From Octopus vulgaris (taxonomy: Eukaryota): DNA of 64,000 nucleotides. A program made the translations under genes and the position numbers. Location: positions 27,342,001 through 27,406,000 of the forward strand of contig OX597828.1 in assembly GCA_951406725.2 (NCBI GenBank). Direction: 5' to 3'. Below the pieces are notes generated by a model. The model was given only the letters and a program-made list of their open reading frames with translations. It was not told the origin of the DNA and made no database searches. Positions 26,053-39,420 of the stretch are shown here, piece after piece. Within the stretch, counting starts at the first letter, position 1. Every line of letters starts with the position of its first letter.

Positions 26053-26466
26053 GTTTTTGTATTAATAAAAGGCCATGATCATGAGATGTAAGAATTACGA
26101 TAAATTTCTTTATTTAGCTATTTTCATTTAGTTTTTTTATCCATTATTATTGTTGTTGATGTTGTTGATAACTACAGTCGTGCTGGTAACATTATACCCC
26201 AGTTGGTTAGTTTAGTTCACATTTCTTATTTGTTTCTTGTTTTTTATCTTCATTTCGGTATAATCATCATCATCATCCTCATAATCATCATAATCAACAT
26301 AATCATTATCATCATTATCATCATAAGACATTTCTCACTCATATTTACTTATAATCTATCAATCTCATCTTAATTTTCCTCCTCTGTTCTGTCTTCATCA
26401 CCATTTATTCACGTAGTTGCAAAAATCATGGAATATCCTATTCTGTTCATTGAAGATCTACTTCCA

Positions 26467-26516
<50 letters not shown>

Positions 26517-26534
26517 GCAAACATATATATGTGT

Positions 26535-28025
26535 GTGTATGCATGTAATTATTAGGGCACTAGGGTATGTAACAAACTGCCTAAGCACCAAATCTTGAGA
26601 ACTTCAGCTTTTCAAAACTAGAAAGGAAAAACCTGATTTGAAGCCTACATATCCATGCCATCAATGAAGCTGTAAAAGTCTGTAATACTTCCTGGAAGTT
26701 AATTAATACACAACTAGAGGTGGGGTCCCGAATTTGTAGTCTGTGCACTGTAAGTATATCCCGCAAAGTTAAGCTTGTTGACCTGTGTAGTCTCCACCAC
26801 AACCTCCACATTTAAGAACATAGATTAAGTTCTTCAAAGCACAGCTGAAGCCATGTTTTATGGTAAACATTTGGCCCTTTGCAGTTTTTAATTCAGAAAG
26901 TCTTTTTGGCATTGAACTGATGAGCTTTGTGATTGTCTCTTGTGGAATTTCTGCCCACTTTCCACGCTACACTCAAAACAATTCATCGTTAGATTCATGT
27001 TTCTGTCGAGTTTTTGGTATAGCTCTCTCTTGTATGCTCCAACGATTTTCAATTGGATTCATGTCAGGAGATTGGCTCGGCCAAGGAAACATTTTGATCC
27101 CATTTTCAGTCAGCCATTGTTGATTCCATTTCGCTGTGTAGCATTGAGCCCCATCTTCCATGAATAAAAACTCATTTTTCATTATGTTTTTGTGTGAATA
27201 CATCGGAAGTAGACCCTGCTTAAGTATTTTGATGTATTTTTCTGAGTGTATGGTTCCAAAGTATTCAATCAGCTCAGAACCATTGCTGGTGACAGCTCCT
27301 GATACCATTACAGAGATACCGCCATGTTTCACAATTAGTTGGAGTCATTTCAAATCAAATTCTTGATTGGGAAGCCTCCAGACTCAAACATGTCCACTGT
27401 CTGAAAATAATGCAAATCTGGATTCAGCTGAGAAAATCACTCTATCCCAAAATGAACTGGATTTTTCTGACATCTCCGTAGCTCATTTCTTTCTTTCCAT
27501 GGTATTAATTGGTTGAAGGAGAGGTTTCCTTCGGGCTGCTCGTCCATAATACCCACGCTTATGCAGATATGTAACACATGTTCTTGGACTAACTTCTAGC
27601 TGTTTTGCAATGTCAGAAGCCTTCAAACGGGGTTTGTTTTCCACAATTCTCTTCAAACAGCGAAGCTTCCTTTCCGAGGGCCCAGGTCTGCTGGGATGAG
27701 AACCTGTTGATTCTTTTCCTTGGCTTTTAAATTGCACTATATTTCTATTAGATGTAGCAAGAGATATTTGAAGGTTTTCGGCAATTTTTCACTGGCTAAG
27801 ACCAGCCTGAGATTGTCCAACAATATGACCTCTTTGAAAATCTGACAGTTCTGCTGAATTTTTTGTGCATGGCATGATTACTCTTCGCAAATGTTTAATA
27901 TCCTGGCACCTGGAATGAAAAAGCATAATTAGATTATAAGTCCTACACTGCTGAAAACCTATAAAGATGCTTAGATCAGAAATTTTGAAAATTAATGGTG
28001 CTTATTTACTTCCTGCATGTCTGTG
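26535..28025 (-). mobile_element. Tc1-like transposon, approximate extent
   Basis: Right end TA-CACAGACATGCAGGAAGTAAATAAGCACC (minus strand) looks like a TIR; left boundary uncertain. Confidence 0.6.
26850..27875 (-). pseudogene. Decayed Tc1-family DD34E transposase
   Basis: MPCTKNSAELSDFQRGHIVG (HTH)...RAARRKPLL...WDRVIFSAES (first D lost)...KHGGISVMV...FMEDGA-x-WPSQSPDMNPIE with 34 residues between D and E; several in-frame stops. Confidence 0.93.
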
Positions 28026-28132
28026 TATATGTGTATGTATATATATGTTTTGATATATATATATGTATGTATATATATATATATATATATGTGTTTATAT
28101 GTATAATTATGTATATATGTATATATATATGT

Positions 28133-28163
<31 letters not shown>

Positions 28164-28315
28164 TTTATATGTATAATCATGTATATATGTATATATATAT
28201 ATATATATATGTATGTATATATGTATATATATATATATGTGTGTATGTATATATGTATATGTATATATATATGTGTATGTATATATGTATATATATATAT
28301 GTATGTATATATGTG

Positions 28316-28356
<41 letters not shown>

Positions 28357-28383
28357 GTGTGTGTTTGTGTATATATATATATA

Positions 28384-28762
28384 CACTACCGTCAGAAATT
28401 AATTAGCACCCTTGATTTGCTCTTCACTCAAGGTATGTGCTGTCACCTAGTGGCCATATCTCGAACTATTGCTTTGTTGCGAGTTCACTGTTGCGCAGAA
28501 CGATGACGTAACTTTGTTTGCAGAACAGTTTGAGAGTCTACAGCCTTATGATGTTGACATAGCAGTGCAACAACAACTTGGAGTGCGGATGCAGACAAAT
28601 CTTCCTTTGTTTAATAGATATAGGTAGTGCCTCGCAAGGACCGAAACACACCATACTAAGTTTTCTCATCGCGTAAGACGTTTTGAACAGCTCATAGGTT
28701 TATTGATTTAACCTATTTAATGTAGAAATTTGAGAAGTGATAATTAATTTCTGACGCAAGTG
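28384..28762. mobile_element. Tc1/mariner-type MITE, 379 bp
   Basis: TIRs CACTACCGTCAGAAATTAATTAGCAC / CACTTGCGTCAGAAATTAATTATCAC with TA on both sides. Confidence 0.88.
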
Positions 28763-28790
28763 TATACATGTTTATATATGTACATGTATG

Positions 28791-28841
<51 letters not shown>

Positions 28842-28869
28842 GCATATGTATATATGTGTACATATATTC

Positions 28870-29060
28870 GCCATGATAGATCGCTAGCCACTACATACAT
28901 TTTTTTCTCTCCTTGTTTCTCTCCATGTTTCTTTCTGTGGAAGAGCGTAGGCTTGAAACGCTAAAGACTTTTTCAATTCCCAAGCATTATACTAATACAT
29001 CTGTTTGTTTTCTACACCACCTGTCATCGTCTTTTGTTTTTTTTCATGAATTCTCCATGT
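28870..29060 (+). mobile_element. Probable Penelope-like terminal-repeat fragment
   Basis: Same family as 1410-1550; ctgtggaagagcgtaggcttgaaacgc. Confidence 0.5.
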
Positions 29061-29091
29061 ATATATATGTACATGTATATATGTATATGTG

Positions 29092-29139
<48 letters not shown>

Positions 29140-29190
29140 GTTTATATGTGTGTATATATTTAATTATATATATATATGTTTATATGTGTG

Positions 29191-29226
<36 letters not shown>

Positions 29227-29320
29227 TTATATGTGTGTATATATATAATATATATATATATATATGTTTATATGTGTGTATATATATAATTATATATATA
29301 TATATATGTTTATATATGTT

Positions 29321-29363
<43 letters not shown>

Positions 29364-30161
29364 CTATGTACATTTATATATATAGATATATATCCATATA
29401 TACACATACAGACGTATATATATATATATGTACATACATATACATATATGTGTGTGTGTGTATTTATATATATATATATATATATATATAGTGGATAGAT
29501 AGGTAGACAGCTATGTGTTTACATACATATGCATGAATATATATTCATTCATGTTCTTCTTATTATTTTTATTAAAAGGAAATAAATAAAACTTTATTAT
29601 TATTTATTTATTTATTTATTTATTTATTAATATGATGAAAGCTTTCCGTTGCCTGTCCAATTGGTACTTAGTCTTTTTTTGAAAAAAAAAAAAAGGTTTT
29701 TATATTGTTTAGAAATCCTGAACAACAAGTAAGAGATATTATTCCACCTGAAGTGACAAATGACTTTTCAAATAGCATTGCTTATTTTTACCTTTTTCTG
29801 TTGATTTTAATTTTATTTTCTCATTTTTCACACAAAAACACCAGTAACAGCTGATACTATTTTTGAGGCAAATTTAAATCCATTGCCATTCCAGTTAATT
29901 TGCCTTGAAATTTTATATTTTTTTTTGTGTGTGTGTGTGTGTGTTAAATATTTTTTTCACCTTTTAAGGTGTGGGTGCTCCGAGAAATTCACTTCTGTGC
30001 TGCAATCTTCCTTCCTTTTAATTAAACCAAAATCTTTGCATCCAGGTCGAATTTCCAATATGTCAGAATTAGCTTGTCCTTTGCATTTTTGTTGTTTTTT
30101 CCTCTCTTTCACAGACACACTCACACACACATATATATACACACATACGTGTATGTATTTG

Positions 30162-30199
<38 letters not shown>

Positions 30200-30366
30200 C
30201 ACACACATGCATAAATGCTTATACATATACAAATATATGCATATATACATACACATATATGTATGTATGCATGTATATATATATGTATGTATGTATGTAT
30301 ATATATATATATATATATGTACATACATATACATGCATACATGGGTGTATATATATATACACACAC

Positions 30367-30408
<42 letters not shown>

Positions 30409-30410
<2 letters not shown>

Positions 30411-30880
30411 GAGGGTAATCCCAAAAGAAAGGTCTCCAAAAATATTTAGAAATCAGAGAAATGTTTATTGTCAATAATGTTTACATCATTTGAAAGTTTG
30501 AAAATTTATCTATTTTGCTACATAATCAGCCATTTCAGTTGATGCATTTTTGTTTGTGCTGGGGCAGTTTTTGACCCCATGTCATACCAGCTCACCGCCA
30601 TGTTGTTGAAGAGACGTTGAACCTCATGTTTCACCTTGGCATAGTTGCTGAAGATCGTTGCAGCTAAATGTTCTTTCAACTTAGGGAACAGGTGGTTGTC
30701 ACTAGGTGCGATGTCTGGACTATAAGGTGGGTTGCCATTTATGGTCTTCTGTGAGCATTCGTGGGACCTATCTTGTGCACACCTTCCGATATTGCAATTT
30801 TTCACTCAAAACCCTATGAATGGTGCTTCAGGAAACCTCAGGAACCAAAATGTGGAGATCATCCAGAGTGATGTAAGAAC
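30409..30880 (-). mobile_element. Internally deleted mariner element
   Basis: YRKVCTR*VPRMLTEDHK (WVP motif) joined directly to PPYSPDIAPSDNHLFPKLKEHL; TIR-like cgagggtaatcccaaaag at the left end. Confidence 0.88.
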
Positions 30881-32057
30881 TAGACTTACAAAGAGCAAAT
30901 CCTGGGGTTAGGGTTAGGGTTGACTAAAGGTGCTGCTCCAGCATGGCTGCAATCAAATGACTGAAACAAGTAAAAGAATAAAAGAATGTATGTCTGAATG
31001 GAACCAACACACCTATGAAGGGTTATAAATCTACATTGTATGTTTGTTATTCTTTTAAAGTCTGTTGTTTCACAGAATGATGTCTGATGAGATGAACAAA
31101 AATTAATCATTATTATTTTATTTTATTGTATATTACATATATTGTATTTATGACATCTTTTATGGTTGACTTGTTTCAGCCATTAGACTGTGGCCATGCT
31201 GGGGCACCACCTTCAAGATACCTGTATAATGGGATCCAGTTGTATTTCTTCAAGTGATATTCAGTTGTTGTCCCCATTAGTTACAAAACCTTTGACTTTG
31301 ATGCTAACACATTCATCTGCCTTGTTTGAATTTCTAAATTTTATTTTCACAAATGAAGAATGCCCAAATCTAGACTTGGAAGTATATTGTAATACTAGAA
31401 GCTATTTGGTTATTCTAAGGATTAACGAACTCTATTTTGTATTCTGCTACATTCTAAACAGAATATACCTTAAATGTGTATATGTGTATATATATGCTCA
31501 TATGTGTATGCGTGTTTTTATAAGTTTGTATTTCTCCTCACCTACATGCCTCCATTGAACTAAAGCTGTTAAAAAGTTGATATAGATGTCTGTAGCTCAC
31601 CAAACATCAACAAATGATGATGTTTGTTGACATTTTCTGACAGTAAGTCTTCCGCTTGCCCTTGGATTTTTGAATTTTTATAAAATGAAGAAGATCAACT
31701 GTTTGAAATCTTGGTAAAGGTTTGTTAACAGTAATGGAAGAACATCCTTCCTGAAGATCCTGTCTCAAGTAGTTTCTCTGTTAATGCCATGCAACAATGG
31801 GAAAAAAGGGCATTAAACGCACAAATGACATTTGTAGCTTGTAAGTTTCAATTGTTTCTGTCATTAGACTGCAGCTATGCTGGGGCACAGCCTTGAAGAG
31901 TTTGAGTGGAACAAATCAACCCCAGTACTCTTTTTTTTTTTTCTCTTTAAGGCTGGTTCTTATTCTATTAGTTTCTTTTGTTGAACTGCTGAGTCGTCAC
32001 AGCAACACTAGTTGTAAGCTGTGGGCAGAAACAGGGAAAAAAAGACACACATGTGTG

Positions 32058-32100
<43 letters not shown>

Positions 32101-32102
<2 letters not shown>

Positions 32103-32405
32103 AGGCGCAATGGCCTAGTGGTTAGGGCAGCGGACTCGCGGTCATAGGATCGCAGTTTCGATTCTCAGACCGGGCGGTGTGAGTGTTTATTGAGCGAAAA
32201 CACCTAAAAGCGCCACGAGACTCCGACAGAGGGTGGTCATCCCTGCTGTACTCTTTCGCCACAACTTTCTCTCACTCTTTCTTCTGTTGGCCTGCTCGCT
32301 TAGCCAGCGGGGTGGCGTCATTCAAAGTCTAAAACAATGCGAACGCATTGTGACCAGCGATGTGTAGCAACATCTGATGGTCTGGTCGGTCACGTGATCA
32401 CGTGA
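32101..32405 (+). mobile_element. SINE family B nested in the (TA)n of a minus-strand SINE A (31845-32570)
   Basis: Similar to 19355-19662; SINE A halves lie on either side. Confidence 0.88.
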
Positions 32406-32852
32406 TATATATATATATGGGTTTCTTTCAGTTTCTGTCTCCCAAATCCCCTCACAAGGTTTTGGTTGGTCTAGGGCTGTAGCAGAAGACATTTGCCCAA
32501 GGTGTTATGTAGTAGGACTGAACCTAGATCCATGTGGTTGGGGAGCCAACTTCTTACCAAACAGCAAAAGAGAGCACTGCTTATGCTTTTGGTCCTACAT
32601 CAGTGGTATTAACTCTGAGTGAGTAAGGCAGTTTTAGGCCACTGCGCTTCGTTGTGTTTCCTGCTGTAATGTGTGTTCATGTGGTTTTGTGGATGGTAGG
32701 TTACCAATATTCTTCTTGTATATATGTATATGCCCACAACATAGGATCCTCAGTTTCTTTGGTAAGATACAAAAGAATTGAGGGCTTTTTGAACCCCAGT
32801 CTATATAGTGGTGACCAGTTCGGGAATTATTATAACTCTAAGTGTGTGTGTT

Positions 32853-32896
<44 letters not shown>

Positions 32897-33609
32897 CTCT
32901 TACAGTTGTTTTGATTTTGCCCAAAAGAATTAAATTCCAGTAATTAAGACATTTTATTGGAGCAAAATCTCATCAGAGGAGTAAAAAAGACATATTGTTA
33001 CATTACTACATGTTTTTCTTCCAAAACATCTCAACAGACTGAATCTCATTTAATTACTAATATTTGTATAAACCTCGGCCAGTAGGTAATAGGTTGTATA
33101 AGGGTAACAATTGGTAAATAAATTTTAGAGTGTGAATTACAGAAAAAATAGCATCAGATGAATGAGAGAACGAATCAGTGATCACTTTTATAATTTGTTG
33201 AAGAAGTTGATTGAACTAAGATGAAAAATAGATAAATTACGAAACATAGTCAGAAAGGACCCCAGTTTTCTTATATATATATATATATATATATATACAT
33301 ACATGTACATATATACTCACATGCATGCACATACACACATTCAATATGTGCACCTCTAGGCAAAAACATTTACATACAAATGACAAAATATGCATATATG
33401 CAAAAATACATACACATATACACATGCAAAACATGCAGAGACGGTGGATATAGATATGCATTCCAAAGCATCTTCACATAAAAATCTTATATATGCATAT
33501 ATGTTCACACATGCACACACTCATTCATGTATCCACACACACCTATGCATTAATATATAATTTCTAAAAAAACAATTATATTTAACACACACACACACAT
33601 ATATATACA

Positions 33610-33659
<50 letters not shown>

Positions 33660-33856
33660 AAGTTAATCCAAACAAGAAAGCACCAAAAAACACAACAACG
33701 CGAGGACGTGGAACAAATATAGTATTATTGGACGCTCAGGAAAGAAGGAGGGTTTAACGTTTCGAGCGGAGCTCTTCATCGGAAACAATGAAGGAAAGAT
33801 CCAGAGAAAGGAAGACAGAGGAAAAAAAATCGCCAACGGTACACACGAGGTCACAT
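33660..33856 (-). mobile_element. Probable Penelope-like terminal-repeat fragment
   Basis: CpG-rich; minus strand ccgatgaagagctccgctcgaaacgtt is a hammerhead-like core. Confidence 0.55.
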
Positions 33857-33857
33857 T

Positions 33858-33888
<31 letters not shown>

Positions 33889-34097
33889 ATGTATATGTGT
33901 GCATGTGTATGTATGTATATTCAGTAAATACACTTATTGTAACAATAAGAGGTATGGGTTTCATTGCTATGTGTACTAATGCCCATTTTTGCCATTATGT
34001 GAGTTTATAAGCCCTAACATTTGACTATTTTCTATTGTCAATATATGGTGAAAGCTTATTATATATATATGTGTGTATATATATATGTATATATATA

Positions 34098-34139
<42 letters not shown>

Positions 34140-34532
34140 TACACATTCCCTGTTGCAAATCCCAGCACGTTAATATAACATGAAAAATGAAAACAGTAAT
34201 GTTAATCTCTCAGGATAAAAGGAAAAAAAAAAAAAAAGAAAAGAAAAGAAAAAAAATATGAAGAACGTTTCAGAAATGTAACCTAAGAGAAGTGAACAGC
34301 TTGTTCAAAGACCATGGACTAAAAGACTGGAAGTTTATTCAGCTTTCAATTATAAATATTGGAATTTAAAATTTAAGTTGATTCCTTTGCTTGTCACATT
34401 CTCACATGAATCCTTCTTTACACACATACACACACAATTATATACACATGTATACGTGCATATATATATATATATATATATATATCTGTGTTTGTGTGTG
34501 TTTGCATATATATACACACACACACACACACA

Positions 34533-34602
<70 letters not shown>

Positions 34603-35647
34603 ATATATGGAAAAAAATCTACACATAAAACATGAAATAATTAGACTTGAAGGAAAGGAATATATCGAAGAATATATCCAATATCTTTATTTCGGTTATA
34701 GAGTACCTGAATTAGTGAGAATATATTTCTTTATATTTTAGTGGCTCCAACATTTCAAAACAATAGCTGTCATCATTTCATGTTTCTTGAGATTTATCGA
34801 ATATTTTAAAACAATCAAAACTTACGTATCTATTTTAAATCATTATTTGTAAGACAGACTTTTAAATCTTTGAATAAGTTTTTTTTGTGTATCTTGATGT
34901 TTATATAAATATGTATATATATATTTATATTCACACATTCATATATATATATATATATATATATGTATAAGTATGTATATAATGTGTATGTGTCTTGAAA
35001 TTTTTTAATGATTTTTGTCAAGAATTATATAATTGTCAAGAATTTGGTTGGCATTCGTAACTTGATTTATTCTTCAAAAGATGAAAGCTGTAGCATTCAA
35101 AATATTCAAGTTCATGTGTTGCTAGTGATTTTCCACTATGGCCATGTGTTGTGTATGCCCACAAGCTTTTAACGATTCATAATAATAATAATAATAATTA
35201 TTATTATTATTATTATCATTATAATTACAATAATAATAATCCTTCTTACTATAAGCACTAGGCTTGAAATTGTGAGGGAGAGGGTAACTCAATTACAAGT
35301 GGTGGTGCACAACACAGACACAAAGACAAACCCTCATAGATATATATATATATATATATATCATCATCATCATCATCGTCGTTTAACGTCCGTTCTCCAT
35401 GCTAGCATGGGTTGGACGGTTCGACCGGGGTTCTGGGAAGCCAGAAGGCTGCACCAGGCTCCAGTCTAAATTTGGCAATGTTTCTACAGCTGGATGCCCT
35501 TCCTAACGCCAACCACTCCGTGAGTGTAGTGGGTGCTTTTTACGTGCCACCTGCACAGGTGCCAGGCGGGGCTGGCAACGGCCACGGTCAGATTGGTGTA
35601 TTTTATGTGCCACCGGCACGGAAGCCAGTCGAGGCGGTGCTGGCATC

Positions 35648-36130
35648 GGCCACGAGTCGGATAGTGCTTTTTACGTACCACCAGACCAGGGATCCTGGCT
35701 GGTTCAATTCGATTTCGATTTCGCTTGCCCCAACATGTCTTCACAAGCAAAGGGGGTTGGCAAGGGTGCCTGTCGTACGGTCGCATTGGAGTATTTTACG
35801 TGCCACGGCCACGAGTCGGATAGTGCTTTTTACGTACCATCAGACCAGGGATCCTGGCTGGTTCAATTCGATTTCGATTTCGCTTGCCCCAACATGTCTT
35901 CACAAGCAAAGGGGGTTGGCATGGGTGCCTGTCGTACGGTCGCATTGGAGTATTTTACGTGCCACGGCCACGAGTCGGATAGTGCTTTTTACGTACCACC
36001 AGGCCAGGGATCCTGGCTGGTTCAATTCGGTTTCGATTTCGATTTCGCTTGCCCCAACATGTCTTCGCAAGCATGGGGGTTGGCATGGGTGTCTGTCGTC
36101 GGATGAGGTTCTATATCGACTTCGCTTGCC
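35648..36130. repeat. 159-bp tandem repeat, about 3 units, in the RTE 3' UTR
   Basis: ggccacgagtcggatagtgc starts at 35648, 35807 and 35966. Confidence 0.95.
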
Positions 36131-36182
36131 TCAACCGGTCTTTGTGTCCAAGGGAGGAAAGGCATTCATAAGTGGGCTGGGC

Positions 36183-39047
36183 TCACTTGTCCTGCCTGGT
36201 CTTCTCACGTACAGAATATTTCCAAAGGTCTCGGTCTCTGGTCATTTCCTCAGTGAGGCCTAAAGTTCGAAGGTCGTGCTTCACCACCTCGTCCCAGGTT
36301 TTCCTGGGTCTACCTCTTCCACGGGTTCCCTCAACTGCTAGGGATTGGCACTTTCTCACACACCTATCTTCATCCATTCTCGCCACATGACCATACCAGC
36401 GCAATCGTCTCTCTTGCACACCACAACTGATGCTTCTTAGGTACAACATTTCTCTCAAGGTGCTAACGCTCTGTCGAGTATGTACACTGACATTACACAT
36501 CCATCGGAGCATACTGGCTTCATTCCTCATGAGCTTACGCATGTCCTCAGCAGTCACGGCCCATGTTTCGCTGCCATGTAGCATGGCTGTTCGTACACAC
36601 GCATCATACAGTCTGCCTTTTACTCTGAGCGAGAGGCCTTTAGTCACCAGCAGAGGTAAGAGCTCCCTAAACTTTGCCCAGGCTCTTCTTATTCTAGCAG
36701 TTACACTTTCAGCGCACCCACCCCCACTACTGACTTGGTCACCTAGATAACGGAAGCTATCAACTACTTCTAGTTTTTCCTCCTGGAAAGTGACGGAAGT
36801 TGTTTTCTGCAGACTTTCGGAGGTTAATGCTCCCGAGCATCTGCCACATACTAAAACTATCTTCCCAGTTAGCCTACCTTTGACATTGCTGCACCTCTTA
36901 TGTGTCCATAGCTTACACTGGGTACATCTTATAGAGTTTCTACCTACACCTTTTCTACAGATCGAGCAGGGCCATCTTCCTGAAGATATTTGTGGATTGT
37001 CTACCTTTCTACTTATTAGTACTTTGGTTTTAGCTAGGTTGACTCTAAGGCCCCTTGATTCTAAACCCTCCTTCCACACCTGGAACTTCTCCTCCAGTTC
37101 TGATAGTGACTCAGCAATAAGAGCAAGGTCGTCAGCGTAGAGGAGCTCCCAGGGACAGCCTGTCTTGAATTCCTCCGTAATTGCCTGGAGTACTATGATA
37201 AATAGGAGGGGGCTGAGTACTGAACCCTGGTGGACCCCAACCTCTACTTTGAATTCTTCTGTGTACATGTTGCCAACCCTAACCTTACTTACGGCATCTC
37301 TGTACATGGCTTGCACAGTCCTCACCAGCCATTCATCTATCCCTAGTTTCCTCATTGACCACCAGATAAGGGATCGGGGGACCCTATCAAAAGCTTTCTC
37401 CATGTCAACGAAAGCCAGGTACAGGGGCTTATCTTTGGCTAGGTATTTCTCCTGCAGCTGCCTTACCAGGAATATAGCATCAGTGGTACTTTTCCCTGGC
37501 ACGAACCCAAACTGCATCTCATCTAAACTAACTCTCTCTCTAATTAGTTGGGCTATGACCCTCTCCGTAACCTTCATTACTTGATCCAACAGCTTGATAC
37601 CTCTGTAATTATTTGTATCTAGGGCATCACCTTTACCTTTGTAGCAGTTGACTAGTATGCTGCTGCACCAGTCATTGGGTATGACTCCTTCGTGTATCAC
37701 CTGGTTGACTATACGGGTGACTAGGTTATAGCCGACACTGCCAGATATTTTGAGCATCTCTGCAGTAATTCCTGATGGGCCTGGGGCTTTCCCTGTCTTC
37801 ATGCTTCTAATTGCCTTAGCTACCACGGAACTATCAACTCGGATAGCTGGTCCCTCTGTAGGGTCAACATTCGGCAGACTCTCTTTATCCCATTCATTTT
37901 CCTCATTCAGTAACCTTTCATAGTGGCGTCTCCAAGCTTCTCTCTTTGCATCCTCATTTAGCGCAAGTGAACCATCCTCCATGCGAACACACTTCTCTCC
38001 TACCACATCACGATTCTCTCTCACACACTGTCTTGCAACACGAAATACCTCAAGTCTTTCATCCTCACGGCGCAGGACATTGGCAAATTTTCTCTTATCT
38101 GCTTCCCCTCTGGCTAGATAGACCTGTCTCCTAGCTTCCCTTCTGGCAGTCTGATACCCTTCCCTGCTACCACCGTTCTTCCAGGCCTTCCAAGCCTGTT
38201 TCTTTTGTCTAATAGCCCTGTCAACAATATTGTTCCACCACCACGTTATTTTGGGTCTTAAGGGGACTTTGCACCAGCCACAGATCTGGTCAGCGGCTTT
38301 CAGCAGGTTGTCCCTCAGAAACGTCCAGTTGTCTTCTACCCCATGTGTAGCTATACCCCCTTCCACTTCGTCGAAGGCTTCAAGTAACATATCTCTAAAT
38401 CTCTGTCCATTCGCAGGGGCTTTAAGCTTCCAGACCCTTCTTCTCCATGTTGGTCGTCTTCTAGTCGCCCTCTTAGTCCTGATCCTAAAGTCACTGACTA
38501 CCAGTCTATGTTGTGGGGTACATTCTTCGCCTGGGAAGGTTTTGGCATTTTTAAGCAGCCATCTTTCCCTCTTTCTGGCAAGGATGTAGTCGATTTGGCT
38601 AGTATGCCGGCCCGATCGGTAGGTGACCAGGTGGCTTGTTGGTTTCCTGAAGTTAGTGTTGCAGACCATAAGACTATTCGCATCGCAGAACTCCAGCAGC
38701 CTGGTTCCCTCCTCGTTGCGGGAACCATAACCGTAGCCTCCATGTACGCCATGGAAGCCCCCAGCATGTCGTCCAACATGCCCATTGAAATCACCAGCCA
38801 CAAAGAGAAGGTCCCTGTCGTTCGTCGATGAGGTGGTCTGCAGTAGGGTGTCATAGAAACTGTCTTTCTGTCCATCGGGTAGCCCTGGCTGAGGGGCATA
38901 GGCCGATATAATGGTTGCTAATCTATTATGAAGCACTATTCTAATCTTAAGTATTCTGTCACTTACTCTGATTACCTCAACTACTCTATCTATCCATTTC
39001 TCAGCGATAAGTATACCCACGCCTCCAACCCCGTCAGTGTTCCCTGC
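36183..39047 (-). pseudogene. RTE ORF: partial APE endonuclease + reverse transcriptase + PHD-like finger + RTE C-terminus
   Basis: AYAP, GDFNGHVG, QIDYIL; NYRGIKLL, QFGF, FVDMEKAFD, GVHQGSVLSP, YADD; RRLRWYGHV, RGRGRPRKTW. Upstream KEHRYKIF*AGN has a stop at 39048-39050 and the EN N-terminus is missing. Confidence 0.95.
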
Positions 39048-39420
39048 TCAGAAAATCTTGTACCTGTGTTCCTTGCCTATATACATATATATACATACAT
39101 ATATATATATATATACATACACACACAGAGTGGGCTGCTTTCAGTTTCTCTCTACCAAATCCACTCACAAGGTTTTGGTTGGTCTGAGGCTCTAATAGAG
39201 AACATTTGCCCTAGGTGCTACGCAGTGGAACAGAACCTAGAACCATGTGGTTGAGAAGCAAGCTTCTTACCACACAGCCACAACTGTTTAAAGAATCCAT
39301 TTTTATTTTTGTGACTGAATATCATTAGGAATTGTATTAAAATAATTGTTAAAGTATTTTGTGTCTAATATGGACTCCCAGGGGCCTTTTGGGCCCCGGT
39401 TGAGAACCTCTGATGTAAAT

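Larger units (their letters stand above)
35361..39078 (-). mobile_element. RTE-clade LINE, young, 5'-truncated, ~820-nt 3' UTR, (GAT)n tail
   Basis: Long EN-RT ORF and sharp GC contrast with flanks; inserted in the microsatellite of a minus-strand SINE A (39128-39282, remnant at ~35296-35340). Confidence 0.97.

Noticed and set aside
35648-36130. CRISPR-like array
   Set aside because: Contiguous tandem units with no unique spacers, inside a LINE UTR in eukaryotic DNA, and no cas genes.
36430-38831. Plus-strand ORFs over the LINE, and ORF 14305..14760
   Set aside because: Antisense shadows of RT coding sequence.
36183-39020. Intact, autonomous LINE or domesticated gene
   Set aside because: The annotated start is an internal GTG; there is an upstream in-frame stop, and the endonuclease N-terminus and 5' UTR are missing.
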